DNA of 64,000 bases from contig CAYUKU010000001.1 in NCBI GenBank assembly GCA_964445435.1, forward strand, positions 44,384-108,383. The letters are read 5' to 3'. The stretch comes from an uncultured Gammaproteobacteria bacterium (GTDB taxonomy: Bacteria; Patescibacteriota; Microgenomatia; UBA10105; UBA927). Below the pieces are notes generated by a model. It made no database searches. It was not told where the DNA came from and saw nothing but the letters and a program-made list of their open reading frames with translations. Within the stretch, counting starts at the first letter, position 1, and each line of letters begins with the position of its first letter. A program made the translations under genes and the position numbers. Positions 27,372-37,273 of the stretch are shown here, piece by piece.

Positions 27372-29705
27372 ATGGCGCGCCAAAATAACCCAAGCACTTC
27401 ACCTGACCCCCGCGGTAACATATTCGTACAGCTTCTCATAGGTATTCTTACCGTACTTATCGGAATCGGCCGTGTAGTTCAGTTCCCCTTTCGGTTGCCG
27501 TTTCTCCTTGCCAAACTCCTCAAACCTAAACGGAAGCCAGGCAGACCGAGGAAACACAAAAAATTTTCAGATACGTTTTCAAAAATTCAGCTGCCAAAAT
27601 TCCGCATTCCCCAAATGCTACGTGTCACAATTCCACGACTGCCTTCTTTGCACATTTCCTTTCCTAAGGTACCGCGAGTTGTATTGCCGCATGTATCAAT
27701 GCCCACCATTACCATCCTCCCGTCGAGCGAAGTGCTGGATCGGATTAAATTCTTTACTTCCGGGGTTGCGGTAACGATTATTTTCTTTTTTGCGCCATAC
27801 GTGACGTACTCATGGCTTCGGGCACTGCCGAATCCCGAACTGCTCTCAAAAAGGGATATCCAGGTCACCACAAAAATATTTGACCGGAATGGACTCCTTC
27901 TGTATGAAATCTACGCGGACCAGAACCGCACGCCCATTCCGCTTTCAGAAATTCCGGCGTACGTAAAAGAGGCGACAATCGCAATTGAAGACCAGGATTT
28001 CTACCGACACAACGGCATATCACTTCGGGGCATTATCCGCGCCGTGCGGGAGACGCTCCTCAATAACCAGATTCAGGGAGGTTCAACAATCACCCAGCAG
28101 CTTATCAAATCCGCGCTTCTTACGCCGGAAGTTAAACTCACCAGGAAAATAAAAGAAATTATCCTTGCCTTCTGGGCAGAACGGTTATACACCAAGAACC
28201 AAATTCTAGAAATGTATCTTAACCAGGTTCCGTATGGCGGCACTGCATGGGGTATCGAAGCTGCGAGTCAGACATATTTCAACAAGTCTGTGGTCGAATT
28301 AAGCCTCGCGGAAGCGGCACTTCTTGCCGGACTTCCTCAGGCTCCCACAGAATATTCCCCCTTTGGGAGCCATCCCCAAAAAGCATTTGAACGGCAAAAA
28401 GAAGTGTTGCGTCGCATGGTCGAAGACCGATATATAACAGTTAAAGAGGAAAGCGACGCGCTCAATACTCCAATCGTGTTTGCACAGCCCCGTACGTCTA
28501 TCAAAGCTCCGCATTTTGTCATGTACGTAAAAAATCTTCTCGAAAAAGAGTATGGACTACGACTTGTAGAGCAAGGCGGTCTTCGCATCACAACGTCACT
28601 TGATCTTTCACTTCAGGAAAAAGCAGAAGAAATTGTTGCAAGCCACATCAACAATCTCGCGGCACTTCAGGTAGGCAATGGAGCGGCACTCATAACAAAC
28701 CCAAAAACAGGGGAAATTCTCTCAATGGTCGGCAGTAAGAATTACTTTGATCTCGCAGGCGAGGGAAATGTGAACGTCACAACGAGCTTACGACAACCAG
28801 GTTCATCGATAAAAGTCATTACCTACGCAGCGGCATTGGAAAACGGATTTACGCCCGCTTCCATCATCGATGACTCACCCGTTATCTACCAAACACCCGG
28901 CAGTCCGCCGTATGTTCCGGTAAACTACGATGGAAGATTCCACGGACCTACACCTCTAAGGTATGCGCTTGCAAATTCATATAACATACCGGCCGTAAAA
29001 ATACTTGCAAAACTCGGAGTCCAAACCATGATCAATACAGGACGCCTTATGGGAATCACGTCGTGGTCTGATGAAAGCAGATACGGGCTCTCTCTCACTT
29101 TGGGAGGCGGGGATGTCACTATGCTGGAAATGGCACAAGTATACGGAACGCTTGCCAACGAAGGCAAACACGTTACGCTCATGCCTATTTTAGAAATCAC
29201 GGATTACACGGGTCGCGTTATCAAACGAAACAAACCCAAGGGAGCAACACAGGCAATCAAACCGGAAGTCGCCTGGCTTATAAGTAACATTCTTAGTGAC
29301 AATACGGCACGAATCGCGGCGTTTGGTCCGAACTCAAGTCTCGTCATCCCGGGTAAAACCGTTTCGGTGAAAACTGGCACGAGCAATGAGAAACGCGACA
29401 ACTGGACCATCGGATATACGCCGTCCTTTGTCGTATCGGTGTGGGTGGGAAATAACGACAATAGTCCGATGAACCCATATCTCACATCCGGTGTAACGGG
29501 AGCAGCTCCGATATGGCACGATCTTATGGTGGAACTCCTGAAGGATACACCCGATGAAATACCAAGCAAGCCCGATTCTGTTGTGTCCGTACCATGCTAC
29601 TTCGGCAGGCCAGAATACTTCATCTCGGGAACTCAACCCTCATCCGGTCGCTGCGCAGCAGTCCCAACCGCAACGCCAAGCGCCTCTGTTGCACCGCTTC
29701 GCTAG
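27372..29705 (+). CDS. Class A penicillin-binding protein (PBP1A family), second paralogue
   Basis: EDQDFYRH, GGSTITQQLIK, QPGSSIK, SYN, KTGT; basic Pro-rich N-terminal extension. Confidence 0.93.
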   Translation: MARQNNPSTSPDPRGNIFVQLLIGILTVLIGIGRVVQFPFRLPFLLAKLLKPKRKPGRPRKHKKFSDTFSKIQLPKFRIPQMLRVTIPRLPSLHISFPKVPRVVLPHVSMPTITILPSSEVLDRIKFFTSGVAVTIIFFFAPYVTYSWLRALPNPELLSKRDIQVTTKIFDRNGLLLYEIYADQNRTPIPLSEIPAYVKEATIAIEDQDFYRHNGISLRGIIRAVRETLLNNQIQGGSTITQQLIKSALLTPEVKLTRKIKEIILAFWAERLYTKNQILEMYLNQVPYGGTAWGIEAASQTYFNKSVVELSLAEAALLAGLPQAPTEYSPFGSHPQKAFERQKEVLRRMVEDRYITVKEESDALNTPIVFAQPRTSIKAPHFVMYVKNLLEKEYGLRLVEQGGLRITTSLDLSLQEKAEEIVASHINNLAALQVGNGAALITNPKTGEILSMVGSKNYFDLAGEGNVNVTTSLRQPGSSIKVITYAAALENGFTPASIIDDSPVIYQTPGSPPYVPVNYDGRFHGPTPLRYALANSYNIPAVKILAKLGVQTMINTGRLMGITSWSDESRYGLSLTLGGGDVTMLEMAQVYGTLANEGKHVTLMPILEITDYTGRVIKRNKPKGATQAIKPEVAWLISNILSDNTARIAAFGPNSSLVIPGKTVSVKTGTSNEKRDNWTIGYTPSFVVSVWVGNNDNSPMNPYLTSGVTGAAPIWHDLMVELLKDTPDEIPSKPDSVVSVPCYFGRPEYFISGTQPSSGRCAAVPTATPSASVAPLR

Positions 29706-29707
29706 CG

Positions 29708-30106
29708 CTACTCTTTCACCGTAATAGTTCCGGTAATATAGGGCGCCAGATGGTCATGCATTCGCCACGATCCCACCCGATCGAAGCGAAAAGACCAGGA
29801 TTTTTCCGGCGCAACCGGCTCCTTGGGGTCAAACTCGGGATATATATCATGGGTTGGGTGAAGATTCGACGCGGGCCATCGCCAGTCCGAGCTTTTGTTT
29901 ACGAAAACGACGGTCGTTCCCTTTTGTATCGTAACGTCTGAGGGGTCATAATCATCCTGCCGCATCGTTATCACAACGGCATCTTTGGATGGTAACGACT
30001 CCTCTTTTTTGGAAACCGAAAACTTCTCTGCACGTCCTGCCCAATAAGACCATCCGATCCCCGCGAGGACAGCCACAATGATAACCACTCCCATGATTTT
30101 TTTCAT
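29708..30106 (-). CDS. Membrane-anchored cupredoxin-fold protein
   Basis: TM anchor; YDPSDVTIQKGTTVVFVN, WPASNLHPTH, W.MHDHL..GTITV; start refined to MKKIMG. Confidence 0.8.
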   Translation of the reverse strand: MKKIMGVVIIVAVLAGIGWSYWAGRAEKFSVSKKEESLPSKDAVVITMRQDDYDPSDVTIQKGTTVVFVNKSSDWRWPASNLHPTHDIYPEFDPKEPVAPEKSWSFRFDRVGSWRMHDHLAPYITGTITVKE

Positions 30107-30137
30107 AGACGTAGTATACAAAGAAACAACGCTCCCG

Positions 30138-30635
30138 TCATTTGGCAACTACCACGACAGAGCCGGTGTCAGCCGGATTCATGTGGTTATGGTATTTCCA
30201 TGTGCCTACCTTCGTAAAGGTATATTCATATGTTCCGTTGCGTGCAACCGATGTCAGCTGATCAAAGCCAGGAAGCAATTGATGCGTCGGGTGTACGGCA
30301 GACGCAACCCACATTGATCGGCTAGACTCATTAACGAATGTCACTGCCGTTCCTTGTGTGATAGTAATCGAAGCAGGCCCAAATCCGCTATCTGAATACG
30401 TAACCACGGATCTGGTTACAGTGCCCCCGCCCTTGTTTTCCATAACTCCACTATCGGTCGTTATGGGAACCTCTACGCTTGGTCTGTCAACCGTCTGCGT
30501 CGGAGTAGCTTGTTGGGAAATTTCTCCCGTGCCCATCAACTCCTGATACGAAGGAATCTCTCCTTTAAATACGAACCACCCGACCAGAATTCCGGCGGCC
30601 AAAACCAAAAGTCCCAAAAATACTTTATTACTCAT
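30138..30635 (-). CDS. Membrane-anchored cupredoxin-fold protein (paralogue)
   Basis: FGPASITITQGTAVTFVN, WVASAVHPTH, WKYHNHMNP..GSVVV. Confidence 0.8.
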   Translation of the reverse strand: MSNKVFLGLLVLAAGILVGWFVFKGEIPSYQELMGTGEISQQATPTQTVDRPSVEVPITTDSGVMENKGGGTVTRSVVTYSDSGFGPASITITQGTAVTFVNESSRSMWVASAVHPTHQLLPGFDQLTSVARNGTYEYTFTKVGTWKYHNHMNPADTGSVVVVAK

Positions 30636-30655
30636 AAACGTTTCACCTCCTCTTA

Positions 30656-31126
30656 TTAGGTGTATCGGTCTGCTACCTTACTTGCCGCGTAGCTTTCCGG
30701 CTTTATTTTTACATTGTATCCTGATCCGCGAATCATACCGACAATCTCCTGAATCATCTCTCTGGTATCGCCGAACTTGCCAATATCCACGTGTATCTCT
30801 ACATCGTATTTCGTAATGCCGTCTTTGTGCAAGAGCGTGAGGACCGTTTCTGCCATCTCAAGCGACATAGTGGCCTCTTCGTACATCCGCTCTCGTAGAA
30901 CATAATGCTTCTTGTTCACCGTCCTTCGCCAGAAATAGATGCCACCCGCTCCAATCCGATGGACAACCAGAGCGGTCACGAAATCCACGCCTAAACCGTT
31001 ATGCGGCTGGGAATCAGTACCGATCACAATCTGATATATCTTGTCCGGATCATTGGCAAGAAAATGAAGAATTCTTTCACGCACCTGGGGAAGCTCTAGA
31101 TCTCCGTATGTCGGACTTTGAAACAT
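30656..31126 (-). CDS. RNase H-like YkuK family protein (DUF458)
   Basis: IVIGTDSQ, FVTALVVHR.G.GG, EIHVDIG, IKPESYAASKVADR. Confidence 0.88.
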   Translation of the reverse strand: MFQSPTYGDLELPQVRERILHFLANDPDKIYQIVIGTDSQPHNGLGVDFVTALVVHRIGAGGIYFWRRTVNKKHYVLRERMYEEATMSLEMAETVLTLLHKDGITKYDVEIHVDIGKFGDTREMIQEIVGMIRGSGYNVKIKPESYAASKVADRYT

Positions 31127-31146
31127 ACGAGGGGTATGGTACCAAA

Positions 31147-31178
31147 GTAAAGCCCCGCCTTCAAGAAAGCGGGGCTTA
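31147..31178 (-). terminator. Intrinsic terminator of the RRM gene
   Basis: AAGCCCCGC-N10-GCGGGGCTT then TACTTT on the minus strand. Confidence 0.7.
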
Positions 31179-31210
31179 CCGGTAACTCAAATAACCTCAG
31201 TTATTTAAGT

Positions 31211-31477
31211 TTATTGTCGTGGTCGCTCTTCGCGGGGTCGTGCTTCGTTGACTACCAATGCTCGGCCATCCACGTCTTTACCATTGAACATTTCAATGGC
31301 TTTCTTCGCCTCTTCATCGCTTGCCATTTCGACAAATCCGAATCCGCGTGATCGACCAGAATATTTGTCACTGATGACCTTTGCGGAAACGACGTTGCCT
31401 GCCTGCGCAAACATTGTCTGAAGCTGCGCGCTATCTGTTGCGTAAGGAAGATTCCCTACAAATAGATTCGTTGCCAT
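31211..31477 (-). CDS. RRM (RNP-1) RNA-binding protein
   Basis: LFVGNL (RNP2), RGFGFVEM (RNP1), VNEARPR. Confidence 0.95.
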   Translation of the reverse strand: MATNLFVGNLPYATDSAQLQTMFAQAGNVVSAKVISDKYSGRSRGFGFVEMASDEEAKKAIEMFNGKDVDGRALVVNEARPREERPRQ

Positions 31478-31619
31478 ATTGGATTTCCTTTCTCCTTAGG
31501 ACTTGAAGGAAGTGCCAGAAACGCCTAAAGAGAAAAATAGACGATGGTCACAGACACTTTGTTCCCAGGACATCGTGAAGTATATCACATTGAGGGCGCA
31601 ACAATCAAACGACTACGCT

Positions 31620-32234
31620 TTATTCAAGCACCTCTTCCTCATCTACAGCCATATCTTCACCTTCACCAGGCGCAGAAGATTGCGCTGTCTGATCCCCGAT
31701 TGACGTAAAGGCAAACGTTGAAACGACGGTATCGTACACACGACTCCAGTAATCGCTGTTATCGAACTCCCCCTCGACGAAGAAAACAATTGCATCATCG
31801 ATCGTTGCGGTTACAATTCTTTTCTTTGGACTGCTTACAAGCACCTTCTTGCCCGGTTGACCTGCCAGTGTCGTTTCGAAAATTACCCCGTCTTTGAGAG
31901 TCTTCTCCCCGCTTACCCATACCGCAGGGCTTTGCGCTGTCGTATCTTTTGCCCACACGATAATGCTTCCGGGGTAATCAGGGTGAGTGAATTCAATGTG
32001 GGCGTAATTTTCGTTATCCTCCGGATGATTATTTATCTTGAGATTTTTCGGGTAGGTAAACGAAAATCCTGCCTGATCTGTCCATTGTTCCATTTCCTCC
32101 GGAATCGGTGTCGGACTCACGCTCGATACAGGTACGGATTCACTTTGCTGTACACGTGTCTTCCACGCATATAATCCTGCACCCGATACCACAAGGAGAA
32201 TAACCACGACCGACACTATCCAGAATCTTTTCAT
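31620..32234 (-). CDS. Membrane-anchored hypothetical protein (PsbP-like)
   Basis: N-terminal TM helix; GFSFTYP..., ends in VVSTFAF plus acidic tail. Confidence 0.7.
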   Translation of the reverse strand: MKRFWIVSVVVILLVVSGAGLYAWKTRVQQSESVPVSSVSPTPIPEEMEQWTDQAGFSFTYPKNLKINNHPEDNENYAHIEFTHPDYPGSIIVWAKDTTAQSPAVWVSGEKTLKDGVIFETTLAGQPGKKVLVSSPKKRIVTATIDDAIVFFVEGEFDNSDYWSRVYDTVVSTFAFTSIGDQTAQSSAPGEGEDMAVDEEEVLE

Positions 32235-32284
32235 AACTCCCCGAGTATACCATGTTTCTTCTTCCTGTTTGGTATAATGCGCTC

Positions 32285-32695
32285 ATGAGACAAGGAATCA
32301 TGTTTGCCGTTATCATGGCGCTTATGCTTTCGTCGGCTGTAAACGTATCGGCTGCCAAAAAACGCATCAGAACCACCCGCGCCGCAGCAGTAAGCTACTC
32401 TTCGGCAAAACTCTCCCGCTCCACAAACAGCGTCATCGTGACGTTCAAAAATCTCGCCAGGGTCAATCGCGTCGAATACACATTAAGCTATTCAGCCAAC
32501 GGTATTTCGCAGGGCGTAGTAGGTTCGTTTATTCCAAACGGACTGGGATCAGACACGCGTGACTTATATTTCGGCACGTGCAGCAAGGGCGTTTGTACGC
32601 CGCACTACGGCATTACCAATGCAACTCTGGTTATTACGACAACGCTCACGTCCGGAAAAACAAACACAAAGCGGTACATCATCAAACGCGTGTAA
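32285..32695 (+). CDS. Secreted hypothetical protein
   Basis: Signal peptide; YTLSY..QGVVG, YFGTCSKGVC.PH; extended -10 6 nt upstream. Confidence 0.7.
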   Translation: MRQGIMFAVIMALMLSSAVNVSAAKKRIRTTRAAAVSYSSAKLSRSTNSVIVTFKNLARVNRVEYTLSYSANGISQGVVGSFIPNGLGSDTRDLYFGTCSKGVCTPHYGITNATLVITTTLTSGKTNTKRYIIKRV

Positions 32696-32700
32696 GCCGT

Positions 32701-33459
32701 ATGACATTTCTTCACGCGATACTCCTGTCTTTTGTCGAGGGAATCACAGAATTTTTGCCGGTCTCATCGACCGGCCACCTGATTCTCACAAGCCAGATCC
32801 TCAATATCCCCCAAACAGAATTTACGAAATCCTTCGAATTATTTATTCAGCTTGGCGCTATCCTCGCCGTCTTATGGCTGTATGGGAAAAAACTTCTCGT
32901 GGAGAAACTGCTCCTGGTAAATATCGGCATCTCCTTTCTCCCCACTGCGTTAGCAGGATTTCTCCTCTATCCCTTCATCAAAGGAACCCTGCTGGGAAAC
33001 AGTTCGGTCGTGTCGTGGTCACTTATCGTGGGCGGTGTCGTTCTTATCGCAATAGAACGTTTCGTAGAAAAAAATAAAACTCCAGATATGAAGTCTTTTT
33101 CCCAGAAAGAAGCGTTTCTCATCGGCTGTGCTCAGGCAGTCTCAGTTATCCCCGGCGTATCGCGGGCAGGAGCGACCATTGCAGGAGCGCTTCTTCTGGG
33201 AGTCCCGCGCCAAACGGCTGTTGAATATTCGTTTCTGCTTGCTCTTCCCACCATGGCAGCGGCCGTCGGATTCGACATTCTTAGAACCGCCTGGCAGTTT
33301 TCCGCGTCCGACATGTCAATTCTTGCAGTCGGATTTCTCGGCGCGTTTATTACGGCACTCTTTACTATCCGAATATTTACGAATTTCGTGAAAGCGCACT
33401 CGTTTACCTTTTTTGGCATATATAGAATCCTGGTTGGAATTCTGTTTTTATTTGCATGA
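32701..33459 (+). CDS. uppP: Undecaprenyl-diphosphate phosphatase
   Basis: VEGITEFLPVSSTGHL, IQLGAILAV, PGVSRAGATI, EYSFLLALP. Confidence 0.95.
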   Translation: MTFLHAILLSFVEGITEFLPVSSTGHLILTSQILNIPQTEFTKSFELFIQLGAILAVLWLYGKKLLVEKLLLVNIGISFLPTALAGFLLYPFIKGTLLGNSSVVSWSLIVGGVVLIAIERFVEKNKTPDMKSFSQKEAFLIGCAQAVSVIPGVSRAGATIAGALLLGVPRQTAVEYSFLLALPTMAAAVGFDILRTAWQFSASDMSILAVGFLGAFITALFTIRIFTNFVKAHSFTFFGIYRILVGILFLFA

Positions 33460-34313
33460 AAAAAGTTGCGCTCGTCACCAGTACTGAGTTCCCAAAACTG
33501 TCGGAAAGCGATCAACTCCTCGTTTCTCCACTAAAACGTCACGGGGTTGAACCGACTGCGGTAGCCTGGGATGATCCCTCAGTCGAATGGAGTCAATTCG
33601 ACGCAATTATCCTCCGCTCAGCCTGGAACTATCATTACCGATACGATCCGTTTATCAAGTGGGTTACAGATCTGGAAAAAATTCGAGTACCCGTTTTCAA
33701 CGCGCCGGCTGTCGTCAAGTGGAATTCTCAAAAAACGTACCTAAAAGATTTGGCGCAAAAAGGAATTCGTACGATTCCGACTGTTTATCAAACGTACCAT
33801 TCACATTGCGACCTTGCCCGTGAGATGGAAACGCATTCCTGGAACACCGTCGTCGTAAAACCAGTCATCGGAGCATCTGCGTATGAGATTTTTTCCGTTT
33901 CCCGCTCAGATGTGGAAACAGGACAGAAGAAACTTACCAAACTTCTTGAAAAAAAAGGCTGCATGCTCCAGCCGCTTATGGAAGAAGTACAACAAGGAGA
34001 ATACTCGCTTATTTTCATCGGCGGCAAATATTCGCACGCCGTCTTGAAAGTTCCTCCGAAAAACGACTTCCGTTCCAACTATCAATTCGGAAGCCGAGAA
34101 ATTATCGTCGAACCCGATAAAACGATACTGGATCAGGCGGCCCATGTCATTTCCCAAGTCAAATCCGACCTCCTGTATGCCCGCGTGGACGGAATACGCA
34201 AGGATAACACGTTTGTTCTCATGGAACTGGAACTTATCGAACCGCATTTATTTTTCGATATGTACCCCAGCGGCGCGGAATTTTTTGCAGCGGAATGCGC
34301 GAAACGTCTATGA
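33456..34313 (+). CDS. RimK/glutathione-synthetase-like ATP-grasp protein
   Basis: LRSAWNY, WNSQKTYL, VVKPVIGASA, GEYSLIF, YARVDG, LMELELIEP. Confidence 0.85.
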   Translation: MKKVALVTSTEFPKLSESDQLLVSPLKRHGVEPTAVAWDDPSVEWSQFDAIILRSAWNYHYRYDPFIKWVTDLEKIRVPVFNAPAVVKWNSQKTYLKDLAQKGIRTIPTVYQTYHSHCDLAREMETHSWNTVVVKPVIGASAYEIFSVSRSDVETGQKKLTKLLEKKGCMLQPLMEEVQQGEYSLIFIGGKYSHAVLKVPPKNDFRSNYQFGSREIIVEPDKTILDQAAHVISQVKSDLLYARVDGIRKDNTFVLMELELIEPHLFFDMYPSGAEFFAAECAKRL

Positions 34314-35779
34314 ACGACTCTTCGGTAAAAGTAGATATTGTCGAGACGCTGAATGAAGTGTCGTATCTTCTCTCCGACGCGGATCGAAAACTCGCCAGGT
34401 TTCTCGGGATAATCCAAAAAAACAAAAAACATATTACACCCCAAACCGCAGATCGAATAGTACGCACAGTCCAAGTCTACAGACACGACCTCTCCTCTCA
34501 GAAAGAGATCATAAATGCTTGTTACGTCAAAACCCGCAGGCTATCTTCAGAAAAAGAGGTCGAGAGTATTACGGGCGTCATAGAAAACGCACGGGAGCAT
34601 CTTCGGACACATCTTGGCCTGTTTGGTACGCTTATCACAAGTACGGATTGGCAGTCTCCGACGTTCGCACATTCTCTGTTTTCGCAGGCAGGACGAGAAA
34701 CCGGGCGTATCTACGCAACTATGAATGACTACAAGCGCGATCAGCATTGGGATAGTTACTACTACGAACAGGCGTTTCTGAGAGAATACATCGATGTCCT
34801 CATTAAGTTTCCAGCACACATCTTCGCTACTTCAAGCGGCATGGCGGCTTTTACAACTATCCTTCTTTTTCTCGTCGGGGAAAAGAAAATTTCCGGACCG
34901 ATACTGGCGGGCAACTCTATCTATTTTGAAAACAAGGGACTGCTAACTCAATTGTTTGGGAATTCGGTTATTTATGAAGATGAAACGGATATGGAATCAT
35001 TTATCGGTGCGGTCAAAGCCCATAAACCCTCGGTAATTTTCATCGACAGCCTCACAAATTCGCCTTCCATCATCATACCGAATATTCCCAAGCTTATTGG
35101 GTGGCTTGCGGCACACGCCGTCAAAGAAACATATCTTATTATCGACAACACCGGCCTATCAGTGTTACTTCAACCATATAAACACCTCTTTGGCAGGAGG
35201 ACGAAACTTCGGATCATTACATTCGAAAGCCTCAATAAATACCATCAATTTGGCATGGATCGGTTTACGGGCGGCATCGTTACTTCCTACGGCATGCACA
35301 CAGGAAAGCTATTTGATTATCGGGATCACGGCGGAACAAACATCATCGATAGTACCGCCGCAGCGCTTCCGACGCCCAATCGAAAACTCCTCTCAGCGCG
35401 GCTTGCCCGTCACACCCGCAATGCACGCAAACTGGCGTCTTCATTACGACAATGGCTCGCCGGTCACCCGGCAAATGCGGTAGAGGAAATCTCGTATCCC
35501 GGACAGGGAAGCTATCTCGCTCTCAAATTTACACCAAAGAAACACACAATCAAGACATATAAACGCTTTGTCGAAACTGCCGTGGCGATAGCCAAACGCC
35601 ATAACGTCAATCTAGTTTCCGGTACCAGTTTCGGGCTCGACACGACGCGTATTTACCTTACCGCTGTTCGAAGCCGTCCGAACACTCCGTTCGTCCGAAT
35701 AGCGCTCGGGACAGAACATGTTCTTATGCTGAAAAAAATAACTGATGTCTTCATCGAAACGCTCAAACAATTCGCCTGA
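34310..35779 (+). CDS. PLP-dependent Cys/Met-metabolism-family enzyme with N-terminal extension
   Basis: TSSGMAAF, YFE, IIDNT, ESLNKYHQFG (Schiff-base Lys), GGIV, FG..T, VRIALGTE. Confidence 0.75.
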   Translation: MNDSSVKVDIVETLNEVSYLLSDADRKLARFLGIIQKNKKHITPQTADRIVRTVQVYRHDLSSQKEIINACYVKTRRLSSEKEVESITGVIENAREHLRTHLGLFGTLITSTDWQSPTFAHSLFSQAGRETGRIYATMNDYKRDQHWDSYYYEQAFLREYIDVLIKFPAHIFATSSGMAAFTTILLFLVGEKKISGPILAGNSIYFENKGLLTQLFGNSVIYEDETDMESFIGAVKAHKPSVIFIDSLTNSPSIIIPNIPKLIGWLAAHAVKETYLIIDNTGLSVLLQPYKHLFGRRTKLRIITFESLNKYHQFGMDRFTGGIVTSYGMHTGKLFDYRDHGGTNIIDSTAAALPTPNRKLLSARLARHTRNARKLASSLRQWLAGHPANAVEEISYPGQGSYLALKFTPKKHTIKTYKRFVETAVAIAKRHNVNLVSGTSFGLDTTRIYLTAVRSRPNTPFVRIALGTEHVLMLKKITDVFIETLKQFA

Positions 35780-35780
35780 T

Positions 35781-36806
35781 ATGCCAACACCAATTTCTGA
35801 GTACGACTATCATCTTCCTGAAGACCGAATTGCCCAGACGCCCGCAAACCCGCGGGAATCCGCAAAACTTATGGTCCTTACGAGAAACGACCAAACCATG
35901 ATCCATAAACATGTATCAGATCTGCCTCAATATTTTCGTCGGGATGACATCCTTGTAGTGAATAATACGAAGGTGTTCAGGGCACGACTCCATGGAACTG
36001 TCGGGAAAAAAACGGTTGAATTATTTCTTATACGACCGACAGAAAAAAACACGTGGATTGCGATGGGAAAACCAGGAAAAAAAATTACGCCCGGAAGCAC
36101 AATTGTCATCGCAGGCGATTTTATCGGCCACGTCGCTCACAAACACGAAGACGGCACGTTTATCGTTGACTTCGGGATGCTTCCCGAGGCGGTCATCGCA
36201 AAGGCCAATCAGTATGGCTCAGTTCCGGTGCCGCCGTACATAAAAGCAGTTCCCAACGCTTCCGACTATCAAACCAGTTACGCCAAATACGAAGGCTCTG
36301 TTGCTGCCCCCACTGCCGGATTCCATTTCACGAAAAACATCCTGCAAACACTTGCAAAAAAAGGCATTACGATCATAGAGCTAACACTTCATGTGGGACT
36401 GGGAACATTCTTACCCATAAAATCACAAACCGTGGAAGAACATGCAATTCACAGTGAATGGGTAAACGTTTCCGCAGACGTAGCCAGAACGATCAATGAA
36501 GCCAAGCGGGACAAGAGAAGGGTTATCGCCGTAGGAACAACCACAGTACGCACGCTCGAAGGAATTGCACACATTCACAACGGCCTGGTAGTGCCATATC
36601 AAGGCGATATCAATCTCTTTATTACACCCGGATATCGATTCTCAATTGTCGATGGCATGGTAACGAATTTCCATTTACCGAAATCCACGCTTATCGTTCT
36701 TGTAAGTGCGTTTGCCGGTCGGAAGACAATATTGAATGCATATGAAGAGGCAATTCGGTTGGGATACCGCTTTTACAGCTTCGGCGATGCTATGCTTATC
36801 TTGTAA
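35781..36806 (+). CDS. queA: S-adenosylmethionine:tRNA ribosyltransferase-isomerase
   Basis: YDYHLP..IAQTP, NNTKVFRARL, GSVAAPTAGFHF, LHVGLGTF, TNFHLPKST, YRFYSFGDAMLI. Confidence 0.96.
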   Translation: MPTPISEYDYHLPEDRIAQTPANPRESAKLMVLTRNDQTMIHKHVSDLPQYFRRDDILVVNNTKVFRARLHGTVGKKTVELFLIRPTEKNTWIAMGKPGKKITPGSTIVIAGDFIGHVAHKHEDGTFIVDFGMLPEAVIAKANQYGSVPVPPYIKAVPNASDYQTSYAKYEGSVAAPTAGFHFTKNILQTLAKKGITIIELTLHVGLGTFLPIKSQTVEEHAIHSEWVNVSADVARTINEAKRDKRRVIAVGTTTVRTLEGIAHIHNGLVVPYQGDINLFITPGYRFSIVDGMVTNFHLPKSTLIVLVSAFAGRKTILNAYEEAIRLGYRFYSFGDAMLIL

Positions 36807-37273
36807 TATCTTTCCCCGCGGCGCTCGAGAATCTTTCGTATGAGCATGAGCTGATCCTTCCGGATATCCGGCAGTTCACGGAAAGAAAAAAATTCCGCCC
36901 TGTCCACCTCGGTTGATTTTCTGAATGTTCCGCCGAGATACTTCCCGACATAGACGATATCCAGACGCGCTGTCTGCCTATCGGTACGGATTTTGAATCG
37001 CGTATCAGCTGATACGATAAAACCTGATTCCTCCTCGATTTCTCGTTCAATGCCTTCTTTTGGGTGTTCACCTTTCTTCATATACCCTCCGGGGAGACTC
37101 CACTCGTAATCGTTTCTGTATGTGTGACGAAAAAGAAGCACTTCGTCTTTTTCATTGAAAATAACACCGGTAACTCCAACGAGAAATTGATCCTGCACCA
37201 CCCTCATAAACCGCAGTTGCCACACCTTTGAGATAGGAAGCACCTTCCATAAGAACGCAATAAACGACGTCAT
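36773..37273 (-). CDS. NUDIX hydrolase
   Basis: Nudix box PGGYMKKGEHPKEGIEREIEEESG. Confidence 0.9.
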   Translation of the reverse strand: MTSFIAFLWKVLPISKVWQLRFMRVVQDQFLVGVTGVIFNEKDEVLLFRHTYRNDYEWSLPGGYMKKGEHPKEGIEREIEEESGFIVSADTRFKIRTDRQTARLDIVYVGKYLGGTFRKSTEVDRAEFFSFRELPDIRKDQLMLIRKILERRGERYYKISIASPKL

